From an uncultured Sediminibacterium sp. (GTDB lineage: Bacteria > Bacteroidota > Bacteroidia > Chitinophagales > Chitinophagaceae), in the NCBI GenBank assembly GCA_964507525.1, contig CAZDQB010000005.1, positions 45,058-109,057 of the forward strand: a stretch of 64,000 nucleotides of DNA. The letters run 5' to 3'. Below are positions 17,514 through 27,717 of the stretch, piece by piece. The position numbers and the translations under genes were made by a program. Within the stretch, counting starts at the first letter, position 1. Every line of letters starts with the position of its first letter. A model generated the notes under the pieces. The model was not told the origin of the DNA. It ran no database searches and saw only the letters and a program-made list of their open reading frames with translations.

Positions 17514-19682
17514 ATGAAAAAACAAATTTGTACAGCTTATTTCATTCTTGCTTCTTCTGTTTTCAGTATACATTCGGTCTTCGCTTTGAAAAATCAGGAT
17601 CATACAGTTATTGCTGATTCTTCTTCAAAGCGTGCCATAGTATTAGGTATTCCCACACTTGATAAAATGGCTGGCGACTGGATGCCGATGGAGCAAGTTG
17701 AAAATATGCCAGCTGTGCATAACTTCAATCATATGTTAGTAGTCAACCGGGATCTGACCTCCTATTTCTATTATCCGGGTGGTATATATCCCTGGAAGAA
17801 AGGGCATCCCATAACGACACTGGTCATAGATGGGCAGGAGTATTCGGCGACGGAAACCCGCTGTTTTCCGTATAAGGTTCTTCGTCGCAACCGGTATTGC
17901 AATGGCACATCGGTAGAAACCGACGTACGAATGATCAATGAGTCAAGAAATGTACTGTGCCGTATCACTGCAACCAATACAACCATATTGGCGCGTCGCA
18001 TCACGCTTGCTCTCCGTGTGCCGGGTAAACTCATGGCTGATGGCATTGGCGTTTCTAATAGTAGCCAAAGATCCGGTGTGATAGCTATCGTTCGTCCGGC
18101 ACGCAAACCCAACGCTGTAGTAGAGGAGAAGGATACTGTTGTCTGGCGTTGGATAGTGGAACTCCCTAAGGGTGGCTCTACGCATATTGAATTTGCTGTA
18201 GGAGATGAGGCTTCGGCACAAGCCGCTCAAACCGATGCATCCGTCACCAAATGGGCTGCCAGGTTCAGCTCCTGCTTCGATGATTGTAAAACGAACTGGG
18301 AGAATCGCTGGGCTGATGCCTTCACCCCCGGAAATAAGCATTTTTCCGGACATTTGCCCGTTTTACAGAGTAATGACGCTGCACTGATGCGCAACTACTA
18401 TGTCGGCGTATGGACCATGTTAGCTTTGGAACGTACTCAGTTTCCGGTCCATCAGCGCTCTTTCATCACCAGTGGTGAACGTGAAGACGGCACTCAATAT
18501 TACTGGGATGCATCCATGCAGTCGACTGCATGGGCACTCCTTGAGCCTGCCGGAATGAAGGCAACTTTGCGCCGCTGGCTGGTGCAGCATCCGCGTAGTG
18601 GACAAGCCAGCGGATATGCGCTCAATTTACGGGATATCAAGGGGTTTGATGTAAATCATTACGACAGCATCGGTGGTTACGCTTTTAACGCATGCACTAT
18701 TTTCAAGACGGTAGACGAATACTTGCGCGTGACAAACGATCGGGCTTTCCTCGATGAAAAACTGGAAAATGGGAAAAATGTTATAGCAGCGCTTGATGCG
18801 CTTGCCACCGACTGGGAAACCCTTCCAAAGGGTCATGATGAATTGGCTAACTACGGTGGGAATAACAACCTGCTTGAATGTGCACCAGCTTATATCAATT
18901 GTGTAGCTTCTTGTAATGCGCAGAATATCTGGATGATGCGACAGACAGCGAAGTGGTATGTCTTGCATGGTAATATGGTACATGCGAAGGAACTCGAGGC
19001 AAAAGCGTCCGCTTTACTTCCCAAGGTTGTATCACTCTACAAGCCTGGTGATGGCGTTTGGAATGCCTGGCAGTTAAATGGTAAACGTGTGGAACTTCGT
19101 CATTGTGTGGACTTCATTTATACAGGTAATGCTTTGGGAAGCGACCTCTCCACAACGCAAAAGTCTGAGATGATCTCCTTTGTGAAGCACGAATTACTTA
19201 CCCGTGACTGGATGCGTGCCATGAGTCTAAAGGATGCTGCGGCCGTGAATTCAGACCGGCCGGACCATGGTCCAATGGGAGCCTATGACGGTTGGGTTCC
19301 ACTCACCGTTAATACCATGTGGAATCTGGGCGATCCTGCTGGTGCCTATGCGTTCTATTGTCGTACTGCAGTGGTTACACGCGAAGGTCCCTTTGCCCAG
19401 GCCCGTGAATTTTTTGGCCCGAACCGTACCCAATATGATGCACCCGTGCGCATCGCAGCAAGACAGGGTTGCATGAAGGAATGCATCAGTGGTGTCGCTT
19501 TCAGCGATATTGTAATGACAACTTTCTTCGGCTTCGCTCCCGAAGCCGGTAATGTTCGTATGCTTGCCGATCCATCTACGCCACGCCCCTTTTCCGGAGA
19601 GTTAAGCAATATCCATTTTGCCGGTAAGGAAATTACGCTTGAAGCTGGACCTAAAGGTGTTAAGGTGACTTCGGAACGTTGA
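17514..19682 (+). CDS. Secreted protein of unknown family (722 aa); candidate glycosidase
   Basis: Long ORF with signal peptide MKKQICTAYFILASSVFSIHSVFA. I recognise no family motif. Composition is richer in G+C than the flanks: spot counts are 31/60 at 18001-18060 and 32/60 at 19321-19380, against 23/60 at 12001-12060 and 21/60 at 21001-21060. Confidence 0.75.
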   Translation: MKKQICTAYFILASSVFSIHSVFALKNQDHTVIADSSSKRAIVLGIPTLDKMAGDWMPMEQVENMPAVHNFNHMLVVNRDLTSYFYYPGGIYPWKKGHPITTLVIDGQEYSATETRCFPYKVLRRNRYCNGTSVETDVRMINESRNVLCRITATNTTILARRITLALRVPGKLMADGIGVSNSSQRSGVIAIVRPARKPNAVVEEKDTVVWRWIVELPKGGSTHIEFAVGDEASAQAAQTDASVTKWAARFSSCFDDCKTNWENRWADAFTPGNKHFSGHLPVLQSNDAALMRNYYVGVWTMLALERTQFPVHQRSFITSGEREDGTQYYWDASMQSTAWALLEPAGMKATLRRWLVQHPRSGQASGYALNLRDIKGFDVNHYDSIGGYAFNACTIFKTVDEYLRVTNDRAFLDEKLENGKNVIAALDALATDWETLPKGHDELANYGGNNNLLECAPAYINCVASCNAQNIWMMRQTAKWYVLHGNMVHAKELEAKASALLPKVVSLYKPGDGVWNAWQLNGKRVELRHCVDFIYTGNALGSDLSTTQKSEMISFVKHELLTRDWMRAMSLKDAAAVNSDRPDHGPMGAYDGWVPLTVNTMWNLGDPAGAYAFYCRTAVVTREGPFAQAREFFGPNRTQYDAPVRIAARQGCMKECISGVAFSDIVMTTFFGFAPEAGNVRMLADPSTPRPFSGELSNIHFAGKEITLEAGPKGVKVTSER

Positions 19683-19767
19683 ATTTTTTATATGTTGAAA
19701 TAACAAAATGAACGACCCCGCCGCAAGCGGAAGGGTATCAAACCACAAAAGAGATTAAACTTTTTTT

Positions 19768-22446
19768 ATGATGAAAAAAATACGGACTTTATTTTTTTTG
19801 GGTCTAATATTAGCAACAGGCGCATTTGCACAACAGCAAAAAGAAAATAATACAAGCATTTCAAAAGTAACGGATGTATGGGTCGTATTTAAAACCCACT
19901 TTGACTTGGGGTTTACCGATTTGCCGGAGAATGTTTTTGCACGATATAGGGGGGAAATGATGGATAACGCATTAAAAGTCATAGAGAAAAATGCAACACT
20001 ACCACAAGAAAAGCGCTTTGCATGGACAGTACCCGGATGGCCTCTTTATGCTCAAATATTAGGTTCTTTGCAAAAGCCTGAACGCAAAGTAAGGATAGAA
20101 AAGGCCATTAAAGAAGGTTCAATTGTTGTACACGGACTCCCATTTACCACGCATACTGAGTCGCTTGATTATGAAGATTTGGTTCGCGGATTGGGTTATT
20201 CGTCAAAGATTGCCCATGACTATGGGCGACCTTTGCCAATAAGTGCTAAAATGACCGATGTACCCAGCCATTCCTGGATATTGCCTACTTTACTGAATCA
20301 TGCTGGTATAAAGTTCTTACAATTAGGCTGTAACCCGGCAAGCCAGTATCCGAGAGTTCCGGAACTGTTCTGGTGGGAAGGTGCCGATGGTTCAAAGATA
20401 CTATGTAGCTACACAGCTTTGTATGGCTCCGATATCAAACCAACAAAAAATTGGCCCTGCAAGAATTATTTAGCCATGCAAATGACAGGTGATAACCATG
20501 GACCACCCTCCGAGAAAGATATAGATGAATTGTTGACATACGCAAAAAAGGAGATGCCTGGGATAAAAATTCATTTTGGAACCCTCGATGATTTTGCCAA
20601 AGCCATTTTTGCCGAGAACCCCAACCTGCCTACTGTTAAAGGTGATTGTCCTGATACCTGGATTCACGGATTACTTTCAAATCCCCAGGAAACAAAGATT
20701 GCACGAAATATCCGTCCTTTAGCATCAGCACTTGATGGGTTGAATACGCAAATGGGGATTTGGGGCATACCTGCTGGATCTATTTCGGCAAAACTGGCAA
20801 AAGCTTACGAGCAGAGTCTTTTGTACGCCGAACATACCTGGGGCATGAATGCCGAGTATGGCCCTCGTTACAGCTATGGTGATGATTGGAAAACATGGTT
20901 GGCAGAAGCCGAAGCAGAACCTATTCCTGAAAATGGTGATTATTCAAAACTTAAAAATAGTGATGCGCAAAACACAAAAGTAGGAAGCAAAAGAAAATGG
21001 CTGCATTCTTATGATGAAAAACGCCAATACATCCTTCATGCCAATGACATAGTAAGTAATGAACTAAATTCACATCTTGATTTACTGGCAAAATCAGTTA
21101 ATATAGAAGGGAAACGGTTGGTAGTTTACAATCCGTTACCATGGAAAAGATCAGGAATCGTTGAAAATCCATGGGAAAAAGGGACATCATTTTATGTAAA
21201 AGAAATTGCGCCATCTGGTTATGTCACCTATGCTCAAAATGATTTAAAAGCATTAACCATTACAAATGATGAGCAATCTGCATTTAGTACACCATATTTT
21301 AACATAGTCTTTGATTTAACCCGGGGAGGGATATCTTCATTAATCGTAAAAAAAACAGGCCGTGAATTAGTTGATAAATCCTCTAAGTATGTTGTTGGCC
21401 AGTTTTTGCATGAGCGGTTCAGTACAAATGAAGTTGATAAATGGTGGAATATTTACAGTAGAATAAAAGAGGGTTGGGGTTTAAATGATTTGGGGAAACC
21501 CGGAATGATTAATGTTGAAAAAGCACCATATATAGCTTTTACTCCCAGTGATTGGAAAATCTCTGTTTCCCATTCAGACATTGCGGATATCGCAACTTTG
21601 ACTGCATTTGATACAAAAGGCCTTGCAAAAAAATATACCTTACTATTTACCTTCCCGCGAAATGCGTCTTATGTTGATGTTGAATGGTTTGTTGATACTA
21701 AAACTCCTGATAAACAACCTGAAGGTGGATGGCTTTGTTTTCCATTCGCAGTTGAAAAACCTGACTTTACCGTTGGTCGTTTGGGTGGTCCGATAAATCC
21801 TGTAACAGATATTATAGCCGGCAGTAACAGGTATTTGATGGCGGTAAATTCAGGCGTTTCAATTACACAAGCCGACAGGTCGGGGGTGGCATTAGCCCCA
21901 ATAGATGCTCCCTTGATTAGCCTCGGGGAACCCGGCTTATGGAAGTTTTCTTTGGATTATTCACCAAAAGTGCCATCTGTATTTGTCAATATTTATAATA
22001 ACATGTGGAATACTAATTTCCCATTATGGCAGGAAGGTTCATGGAGTGAAAGAGTTCATATCTGGGCTATTGATAAACACACACAAACAACCCCAAACCT
22101 GATTCAAAACTCATGGGAGGCCCGCGTACCTTTACTAACAGGGATAGCAGAAGGTGCTGCTGGAAAATTACCGGCAAAAAAGAATGGTATAGCTACTTCA
22201 AGAATCGGTGTGCTGGTAACAGCTTTCGGCGAAAACCCTGATGGGGATGGAACTATTTTGCGTTTGTGGGAACAAGGGGGGATTTCTGGCAATGTTACGA
22301 TTGAATTTCCCAAAGGGTCAACTTACACCAGGGCAACTCCCGTAAACCTTCGCAGTGAAGTAACCGGTGAGCCGATCAATATCACTGCGGGCAAACTCAC
22401 CTTTCTCCTCAAAGCATATGCACCTGCTAGTTTTGTGCTGGAGTGA
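19768..22446 (+). CDS. GH38-like alpha-mannosidase (paralog of 4948-7647), secreted
   Basis: Signal peptide MMKKIRTLFFLGLILATGAFAQ. Colinear with the 4948 product: VVFKTHFDLGFTD, KMTDVPSH, YAEHTWG, and ILRLWEQGGISGNVTIEFPKGSTYTRATPVNLRSEVTG...APASFVLE. Confidence 0.75.
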   Translation: MMKKIRTLFFLGLILATGAFAQQQKENNTSISKVTDVWVVFKTHFDLGFTDLPENVFARYRGEMMDNALKVIEKNATLPQEKRFAWTVPGWPLYAQILGSLQKPERKVRIEKAIKEGSIVVHGLPFTTHTESLDYEDLVRGLGYSSKIAHDYGRPLPISAKMTDVPSHSWILPTLLNHAGIKFLQLGCNPASQYPRVPELFWWEGADGSKILCSYTALYGSDIKPTKNWPCKNYLAMQMTGDNHGPPSEKDIDELLTYAKKEMPGIKIHFGTLDDFAKAIFAENPNLPTVKGDCPDTWIHGLLSNPQETKIARNIRPLASALDGLNTQMGIWGIPAGSISAKLAKAYEQSLLYAEHTWGMNAEYGPRYSYGDDWKTWLAEAEAEPIPENGDYSKLKNSDAQNTKVGSKRKWLHSYDEKRQYILHANDIVSNELNSHLDLLAKSVNIEGKRLVVYNPLPWKRSGIVENPWEKGTSFYVKEIAPSGYVTYAQNDLKALTITNDEQSAFSTPYFNIVFDLTRGGISSLIVKKTGRELVDKSSKYVVGQFLHERFSTNEVDKWWNIYSRIKEGWGLNDLGKPGMINVEKAPYIAFTPSDWKISVSHSDIADIATLTAFDTKGLAKKYTLLFTFPRNASYVDVEWFVDTKTPDKQPEGGWLCFPFAVEKPDFTVGRLGGPINPVTDIIAGSNRYLMAVNSGVSITQADRSGVALAPIDAPLISLGEPGLWKFSLDYSPKVPSVFVNIYNNMWNTNFPLWQEGSWSERVHIWAIDKHTQTTPNLIQNSWEARVPLLTGIAEGAAGKLPAKKNGIATSRIGVLVTAFGENPDGDGTILRLWEQGGISGNVTIEFPKGSTYTRATPVNLRSEVTGEPINITAGKLTFLLKAYAPASFVLE

Positions 22447-22715
22447 AGGAATACTATTTTTAAGGGATTCTACTAACATAAAAAAAATAGTAACAAATAA
22501 ATCAAGTTAATCAAAAAGGTCTTTATGTCTGCAAGATTATTATTTGATTGTATAGTCCTGTTAGGTTTGGAGGAGATTTTTCAAATAATCATTTTCATCA
22601 CGGTGATGTGCTCACCATTAGAGATCCTTCGGGATAACTGCAGTTGTTTTATTCAACTGAGCAAAGACAGTAAACCTGATACAATAATTGCAATAGCATC
22701 AATAAAAATAAACAG

Positions 22716-22900
22716 ATGAAAAGAATAACAGCATTCCTATTGGGCAGCCTGCTGGCATTTGCACCGATAGCGGGAGCCCTGTTCCCGGTTTAGTGTACAT
22801 TGATGTTCCGGAGTCAGTAACAGATACCTATATAACCGTATTAAAAGTAAAACTCGACAAGCCAATCAGTTTATACAAAGGGCAAGACGGTTTAAATTAA
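22716..22900 (+). pseudogene. Remnant: orphan signal peptide plus a glycosidase C-terminal tail in another frame
   Basis: The ATG at 22716 gives MKRITAFLLGSLLAFAPIAGALFPV*. The -1 frame continues VYIDVPESVTDTYITVLKVKLDKPISLYKGQDGLN*, which looks like the last strands of a glycosidase C-terminal beta-sandwich. Confidence 0.3.
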
Positions 22901-22928
22901 ATATAAATCTGCAAACAATGGAGGCCAT

Positions 22929-23260
22929 ATGAAATTGTGGTATCATCAACGGGCACAAAAAAGGGAAACGGGAGCTTTGCACATCTACACGAATGGATTT
23001 CAATTAAACAATCCCCATGGTATCGAAAACAGTTGTGCCGCGGTCAATGCACTCCATGAAATGCTTTGTATGAGTGCAGGTAATAACAGTCGTTTGTTGA
23101 TGGCTTTCAAAAAAATAGGAATGCAATTTTTTAAAACGTACAGGCTTGGGGCATCTTTTTGGGTTCCGCAAGTTTAACAAATGGGATCATTAGTGTTATC
23201 AAACATCATTCTTGTCAGGATTACCTGCGAAGTAATGAATCAAGCAATCAGGTGAGATGA
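22929..23260 (+). pseudogene. Decayed C-terminal fragment of a GH95-like six-hairpin glycosidase
   Basis: The 82-aa ORF contains ...NGFQLNNPHGIENSCAAVNALHEMLCMSAGNN..LL. Compare ...LEGNFLASQAVQEMLLQSW in the intact GH95-like gene at 8541. The downstream sequence continues only in other frames. Confidence 0.3.
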
Positions 23261-23412
23261 AAACAATAGCTGGAAAGAAGCGCAATGATTTAGTAAACCA
23301 TAAAATGACTGGTTGCAGGAGGCCGCGCAGATTACCAGTACATCACTTTTTTAGGCTGCCGACAGGCCGTGTCATATGCCCTATGTAAATAATCATTTTG
23401 TCAATTACAAAA

Positions 23413-23433
23413 ATGTTCATATGTTTGAACATA
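23413..23433. promoter_or_regulatory. Operator-like site ATGTTCATATGTTTGAACATA (contains the 14-mer TATGTTTGAACATA)
   Basis: The exact 14-mer recurs in the opposite orientation at 28490-28503. Lies about 75 nt upstream of the kinase-PMI start. Confidence 0.5.
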
Positions 23434-23506
23434 GTTAAGAAACAATAATCGCCACAATAATTATTTTACCCGTAATATTGAAATCAAACGCCCGCTGTAG
23501 AAATAA

Positions 23507-26221
23507 ATGGAAAATGTATATAAAATAGGTATTGATGTTGGCGGAAGTCATATCACTGCTTCTTTACTCGAATGTGTCCACGATAATGTTCAGGTCGTAA
23601 GCACTGAACGAAGAAATATTGACAGTTCCGGCAGCGCATACGACATAGTTTCATCCCTGACAAAATGTATCTCCAGCCTGTTAAAAAAGGGGTATCGTGT
23701 CGACGGTATCGGGATTGCTTTTCCTGGCCCCTTTGATTATCCAAAAGGAGTGAGCGCTATTCGGGATCTGGGTGGGAAATTTGGGAAAATATTCGGCTTA
23801 CATGTAAGATCAGCGTTACATTCTTTGCTGGGCACAACGGCTTGCTTTTATTTTGCCAATGATGCTCATTGCTTTGCTATCGGCAGTTGCCATTCGCTGG
23901 AAATAAAAACCAGACGGAATATTTTTCTGACGCTTGGTACAGGTTTTGGCTCTGCCTTTTTAGAGAATGGCCAATTAGTTCTTCAGCATCCTGACATTTC
24001 ATCCCCGCGGGCGCTGTATAGCGAACCGTTCGGGGAGACCATCGCAGACGATTATTTTTCTACCCGCTGGTTCCTGCATGAGTATGCGTCTTTAACGGGC
24101 GAAACGGTTGTTTCGGTAAAGCAGCTTGTGGAAGAGCACCCACAGGAGGCTGCCGTTTTATTTAAACAATTTGCCGCTAATCTTTCCGCATTCCTTTTGC
24201 AAGGGCTACACGGTTTTGATTGCGATACACTCGTGATTGGCGGTAATATTGCCAGAGCAAACCATCTTTTTTTACCTTATCTGCTGAACAATTTAATGGC
24301 TGGGGGGTGCAATACGAGGGTTGTATTCGTTGATGATACGGAGCAGATGATCATGAGGGGCGCAGCTATTATAGCTGAAGATGAGGCCTATCAAAAGTAT
24401 TTTGGAGGAAGGCAGCCATTGTCTGGGTTAAGCCATAAGAAACAGGATGCTGAACCTTTCAGAAAAACCAGCCAGCGGCTTCTGCCTGTCAGTAAATCAG
24501 ATCCATCAGGGTATGATATTTTCCCTGCCTTTGAGATCCGGCAGGGAACCATTTATAAAGGATTTGATTCCCTGTCAGCCTGGCTAACAGGACATAAAAA
24601 GATCGTTATTGATGGCTACGGAGGAGTTATCTGGGAACAGTTCCGGGAGCAATTGAACGATGTATTGCTGCAACAGGGGATCAAGGCTTTCTGGTACGAC
24701 ATTGATGCTTGCCTGAAGCAGCCTGATGAGATTGAAAAAATGATCGGCCTGAATTTAAACGGAGATGATCCGGTATTTGGGAAAAAATATGGCGGGCAGC
24801 TTGTGGATTTCTTCGATAGGGGTAAACTACTGCAATTACTGCCCGATGATACAGCCGATATCTGCATTGTATATGGTACTGGTGCCGCATTATGTGGATG
24901 GGATGGCGCTTTGGTGTATTTGGATGTGCCCAAAAATGAAATTCAATACCGCATGCGGGCGGGCAGCATTATGAATCTGGGCGCTTCATCGGCAGACATA
25001 CCGGTTCAAATGTACAAACGTTTTTATTTTGTTGACTGGCCGGTATTAAATCGACATAAACAGCATTTGTTGTCAGGCGTAAATGTCATCGTCGATGAGC
25101 AGCGGGTACATGAAATTACCTGGATGCAAGGCGATGACTTCAGGAATGCATTGGGCGAAATGCTCGAACGACCTTTCAGGGCAAGGCCCTGGTTTGAAGC
25201 GGGAGTTTGGGGAGGCGACTGGATGAAGAAAAATATTTCAGGACTGAATAATGAGGAAGTGAACTATGCCTGGTCATTTGAACTAATTACCCCGGAAAAC
25301 GGAATTGTCATGGAAGGTAAGGGAAATTTATTGGAGATGTCCTTTGACTACCTGTTGTTTTATGATAACAGAAAACTGCTGGGCAAAGCCGCCCAGCGGT
25401 TTGGATTGGAATTTCCTATCCGTTTTGATTTTTTGGATACTTACAACGGAGGTAACCTTTCCATCCAATGCCATCCGCGTACAAAGTATATCCGGGAAAA
25501 CTTCGGAGAAAATTTTACGCAAGATGAAACGTATTACATCCTGGATTGTGAACCGGATGCTAAAGTTTACCTGGGTTTTCAGGATGATATCGAACCTGCC
25601 GGGTTTAAACGAGCTTTAGTCGATGCAGAAGATAACAACAGGGAGTTGCCGGTTGAAAAATATGTACAGGTGCTTGATAGCCATAAGCATGATCTGTTTC
25701 TCATTCCCTGCGGTACGATTCATGCCTCCGGAAAAAACAACCTTGTGCTGGAGATCAGCAGTACGCCCTACATCTACACCTTTAAGATATACGACTGGCT
25801 GCGCCTTGACCTGAACGGACAGACACGCCCCATCAATATCGGGCATGCATTTAATAACCTGTATTTTGACCGTAAAGGAAGCTATGTTCAGGAGCAACTG
25901 GTATCAAAACAATTAATGGAAGAAGAATGGCAGGGTGGACGGAGGATAAGACTTTCAACACACGAAGAACACTTCTATACAATAGCCAGGTACGAGTTTA
26001 CAGGGGTAGTGCAAATCAATACTAATGAACAATGCCATGTGTGCATGCTGGTGGAAGGCGAACAGGTTGAGGTAATTGCCAACGGGCAACGTGAAATATT
26101 TCACTATGCAGAAACTTTCGTTGTTCCGGCCCGTGTAAAAACGTATGAACTGAAACAGCAGGGAGATAAGCGGGCATTTGTGGTAATTGCGCATGTAAAA
26201 GATGAATATTCCAGAAATTGA
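23507..26221 (+). CDS. Fusion protein: N-terminal ROK-like (ASKHA) sugar kinase domain, central uncharacterised region, C-terminal class I mannose-6-phosphate isomerase (cupin)
   Basis: N-terminus has IGIDVGGSHITASLL and ANDAHCFAIG...LTLGTGFGSAF (ROK/glucokinase phosphate motifs). I do not see the ROK CxCGxxGCxE zinc motif. The C-terminus has PMI zinc and active-site blocks NLSIQCHP, ETYYILDCEPDAKVYLGF and GTIHASGKNNLVLEISS. Confidence 0.7.
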   Translation: MENVYKIGIDVGGSHITASLLECVHDNVQVVSTERRNIDSSGSAYDIVSSLTKCISSLLKKGYRVDGIGIAFPGPFDYPKGVSAIRDLGGKFGKIFGLHVRSALHSLLGTTACFYFANDAHCFAIGSCHSLEIKTRRNIFLTLGTGFGSAFLENGQLVLQHPDISSPRALYSEPFGETIADDYFSTRWFLHEYASLTGETVVSVKQLVEEHPQEAAVLFKQFAANLSAFLLQGLHGFDCDTLVIGGNIARANHLFLPYLLNNLMAGGCNTRVVFVDDTEQMIMRGAAIIAEDEAYQKYFGGRQPLSGLSHKKQDAEPFRKTSQRLLPVSKSDPSGYDIFPAFEIRQGTIYKGFDSLSAWLTGHKKIVIDGYGGVIWEQFREQLNDVLLQQGIKAFWYDIDACLKQPDEIEKMIGLNLNGDDPVFGKKYGGQLVDFFDRGKLLQLLPDDTADICIVYGTGAALCGWDGALVYLDVPKNEIQYRMRAGSIMNLGASSADIPVQMYKRFYFVDWPVLNRHKQHLLSGVNVIVDEQRVHEITWMQGDDFRNALGEMLERPFRARPWFEAGVWGGDWMKKNISGLNNEEVNYAWSFELITPENGIVMEGKGNLLEMSFDYLLFYDNRKLLGKAAQRFGLEFPIRFDFLDTYNGGNLSIQCHPRTKYIRENFGENFTQDETYYILDCEPDAKVYLGFQDDIEPAGFKRALVDAEDNNRELPVEKYVQVLDSHKHDLFLIPCGTIHASGKNNLVLEISSTPYIYTFKIYDWLRLDLNGQTRPINIGHAFNNLYFDRKGSYVQEQLVSKQLMEEEWQGGRRIRLSTHEEHFYTIARYEFTGVVQINTNEQCHVCMLVEGEQVEVIANGQREIFHYAETFVVPARVKTYELKQQGDKRAFVVIAHVKDEYSRN

Positions 26222-26273
26222 ACGGGATGCCTTTAGGTCATTAGCATATCATTATACTACAAACAACAACGCT

Positions 26274-27665
26274 ATGTCAGGAAGCCGAACCAAACATTTT
26301 ATTTCCCTCATCACACTTATTGCTGCGTTGGGGGGCTTTTTATTCGGTTTTGATATGGCTGTGATCAGCGGCATAATTGGACCGGTAAAACAGCAATACG
26401 GGTTATCTGCTTCCCAGGAAGGCTTGTTTGTTTCCTGTGCTTTATTAGGCTGTATAGCCGGGGTGGCCTTCTCCGGTTATCTCAGCGATAAGATCGGCAG
26501 AAAAAAAGTGCTGTTCACTGCAGCCGTATTGTTTCTTATCAGCGCGATAGGTTTTTCATTGGCAGGGGCATATCCTGTACTTATCTTTTTTCGAATCATT
26601 GCGGGTGTTGGTGTCGGGGTGGCTTCTAATATATCACCCCTTTATATTTCTGAAGTGGCGCCTGCCAAAAAGCGCGGCGGATTGGTCACGTTTTACCAGC
26701 TTGCCATTACCATCGGCATATTAGCGGCCTATATCAGCAATTTATTTTTGATGCATTATGCCGCGACCCATATGAGTGGGCAAGACGGACTGCTGCACCA
26801 GTTATTTGCCGGACAGGTCTGGCGGGGTATGTTCCTTGTCGGGGTAATACCGGCATCTGTATTTTGTTTGCTATTATTGATTGTGCCCGAAAGCCCCCGC
26901 TGGTTGGCACAGTACGGCAGGAATAAGGAAGCGCTTGACATTCTTACCAGGATAAACGGCATCGAAGAAGGGCGTGTTGAGTTGAATAGTATTAAAGAAA
27001 TGGCCACGCAAAAATCAGGAGGCTTCAGGGAATTGATGCGCCTGCCTTTAAGCCGGTTATTATCGAGGGCGATGATACTGACAGCCCTCTCGCAATTCAG
27101 TGGTATTAACGGAGTGATTTTTTACGGCCCGACCATTTTAAAATCGGCGGGTATTGGTACCGGCAACGCATTGCTGTACCAGGTGATGCTTGGGGCAGCC
27201 AACATGATGTTCACCTTTATTGCTATCTGGAAAGTAGATACCTGGGGCCGGAGGCCGCTATACATCGTAGGTTCGTTGTGTGCAGCGGTGGCATTGGCCT
27301 TGACAGGCTTGTGTTTTATGCTGGAAATAAAGGGATGGGTCATGTTGCTGTCCATCATGTTGTTCCTCCTTTTCTTTGCATTCTCACTGGGTCCTTTAAA
27401 ATTTGTCATTGCAACGGAAATTTTCCCTACGCATGTCAGAGGAACGGCTTTGTCGGTATGTATTATGACGATGTGGGTGGCCGATTGGCTGGTGAATCTT
27501 TTGTTTCCTGTATTGAGAGATGGGTTGGGAGTAGCTGCGACATTCTTTATTTTCTCTTTCTTTTGTATTCTTTCCTTTGCGTATGCTAAAAGAAGGCTAT
27601 TTGAAACCAAAGGCAAAACACTAGAAGAAATCAGTTTTCTGGAAGCAACCGGGTCAATGAAGTGA
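26274..27665 (+). CDS. MFS sugar-porter family transporter
   Basis: The ORF track starts at 26202 and overlaps the upstream gene. The ATG at 26274 (MSGSRTKHFISL...) is more plausible. Sugar-porter signatures are present: GFLFGFDMAVISG, LSDKIGRKK, PESPRWL, and FETKGKTLEEI (a PETKG-like variant). About 12 hydrophobic segments. Confidence 0.88.
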   Translation: MSGSRTKHFISLITLIAALGGFLFGFDMAVISGIIGPVKQQYGLSASQEGLFVSCALLGCIAGVAFSGYLSDKIGRKKVLFTAAVLFLISAIGFSLAGAYPVLIFFRIIAGVGVGVASNISPLYISEVAPAKKRGGLVTFYQLAITIGILAAYISNLFLMHYAATHMSGQDGLLHQLFAGQVWRGMFLVGVIPASVFCLLLLIVPESPRWLAQYGRNKEALDILTRINGIEEGRVELNSIKEMATQKSGGFRELMRLPLSRLLSRAMILTALSQFSGINGVIFYGPTILKSAGIGTGNALLYQVMLGAANMMFTFIAIWKVDTWGRRPLYIVGSLCAAVALALTGLCFMLEIKGWVMLLSIMLFLLFFAFSLGPLKFVIATEIFPTHVRGTALSVCIMTMWVADWLVNLLFPVLRDGLGVAATFFIFSFFCILSFAYAKRRLFETKGKTLEEISFLEATGSMK

Positions 27666-27686
27666 GCTTTTTTGGAATATTCTTTT

Positions 27687-27706
27687 TTGTTCGTATGTTT
27701 AGATAA
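27687..27706. promoter_or_regulatory. Operator-like site TTGTTCGTATGTTTAGATAA
   Basis: The first 14 nt are identical to the reverse complement of 28497-28510. Sits in the 52-nt gap between the MFS gene and the gntR start. Confidence 0.45.
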
Positions 27707-27717
27707 TCTTTTGAATT

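Noticed and set aside
19683-19767. Possible terminator hairpin (ccgc-aa-gcgg) and a TATATGTTGAAATAACA motif-like sequence upstream of the GH38 at 19768
   Set aside because: The stem is only 4 bp with a 2-nt loop, which is sterically implausible. The motif match needs an indel and is too weak to count as a seventh operator site.
22525-22719. 64-aa ORF in the spacer after the GH38 at 19768
   Set aside because: It is hydrophobic and low-complexity, has no motifs, and sits in a region that otherwise looks like eroded gene debris.
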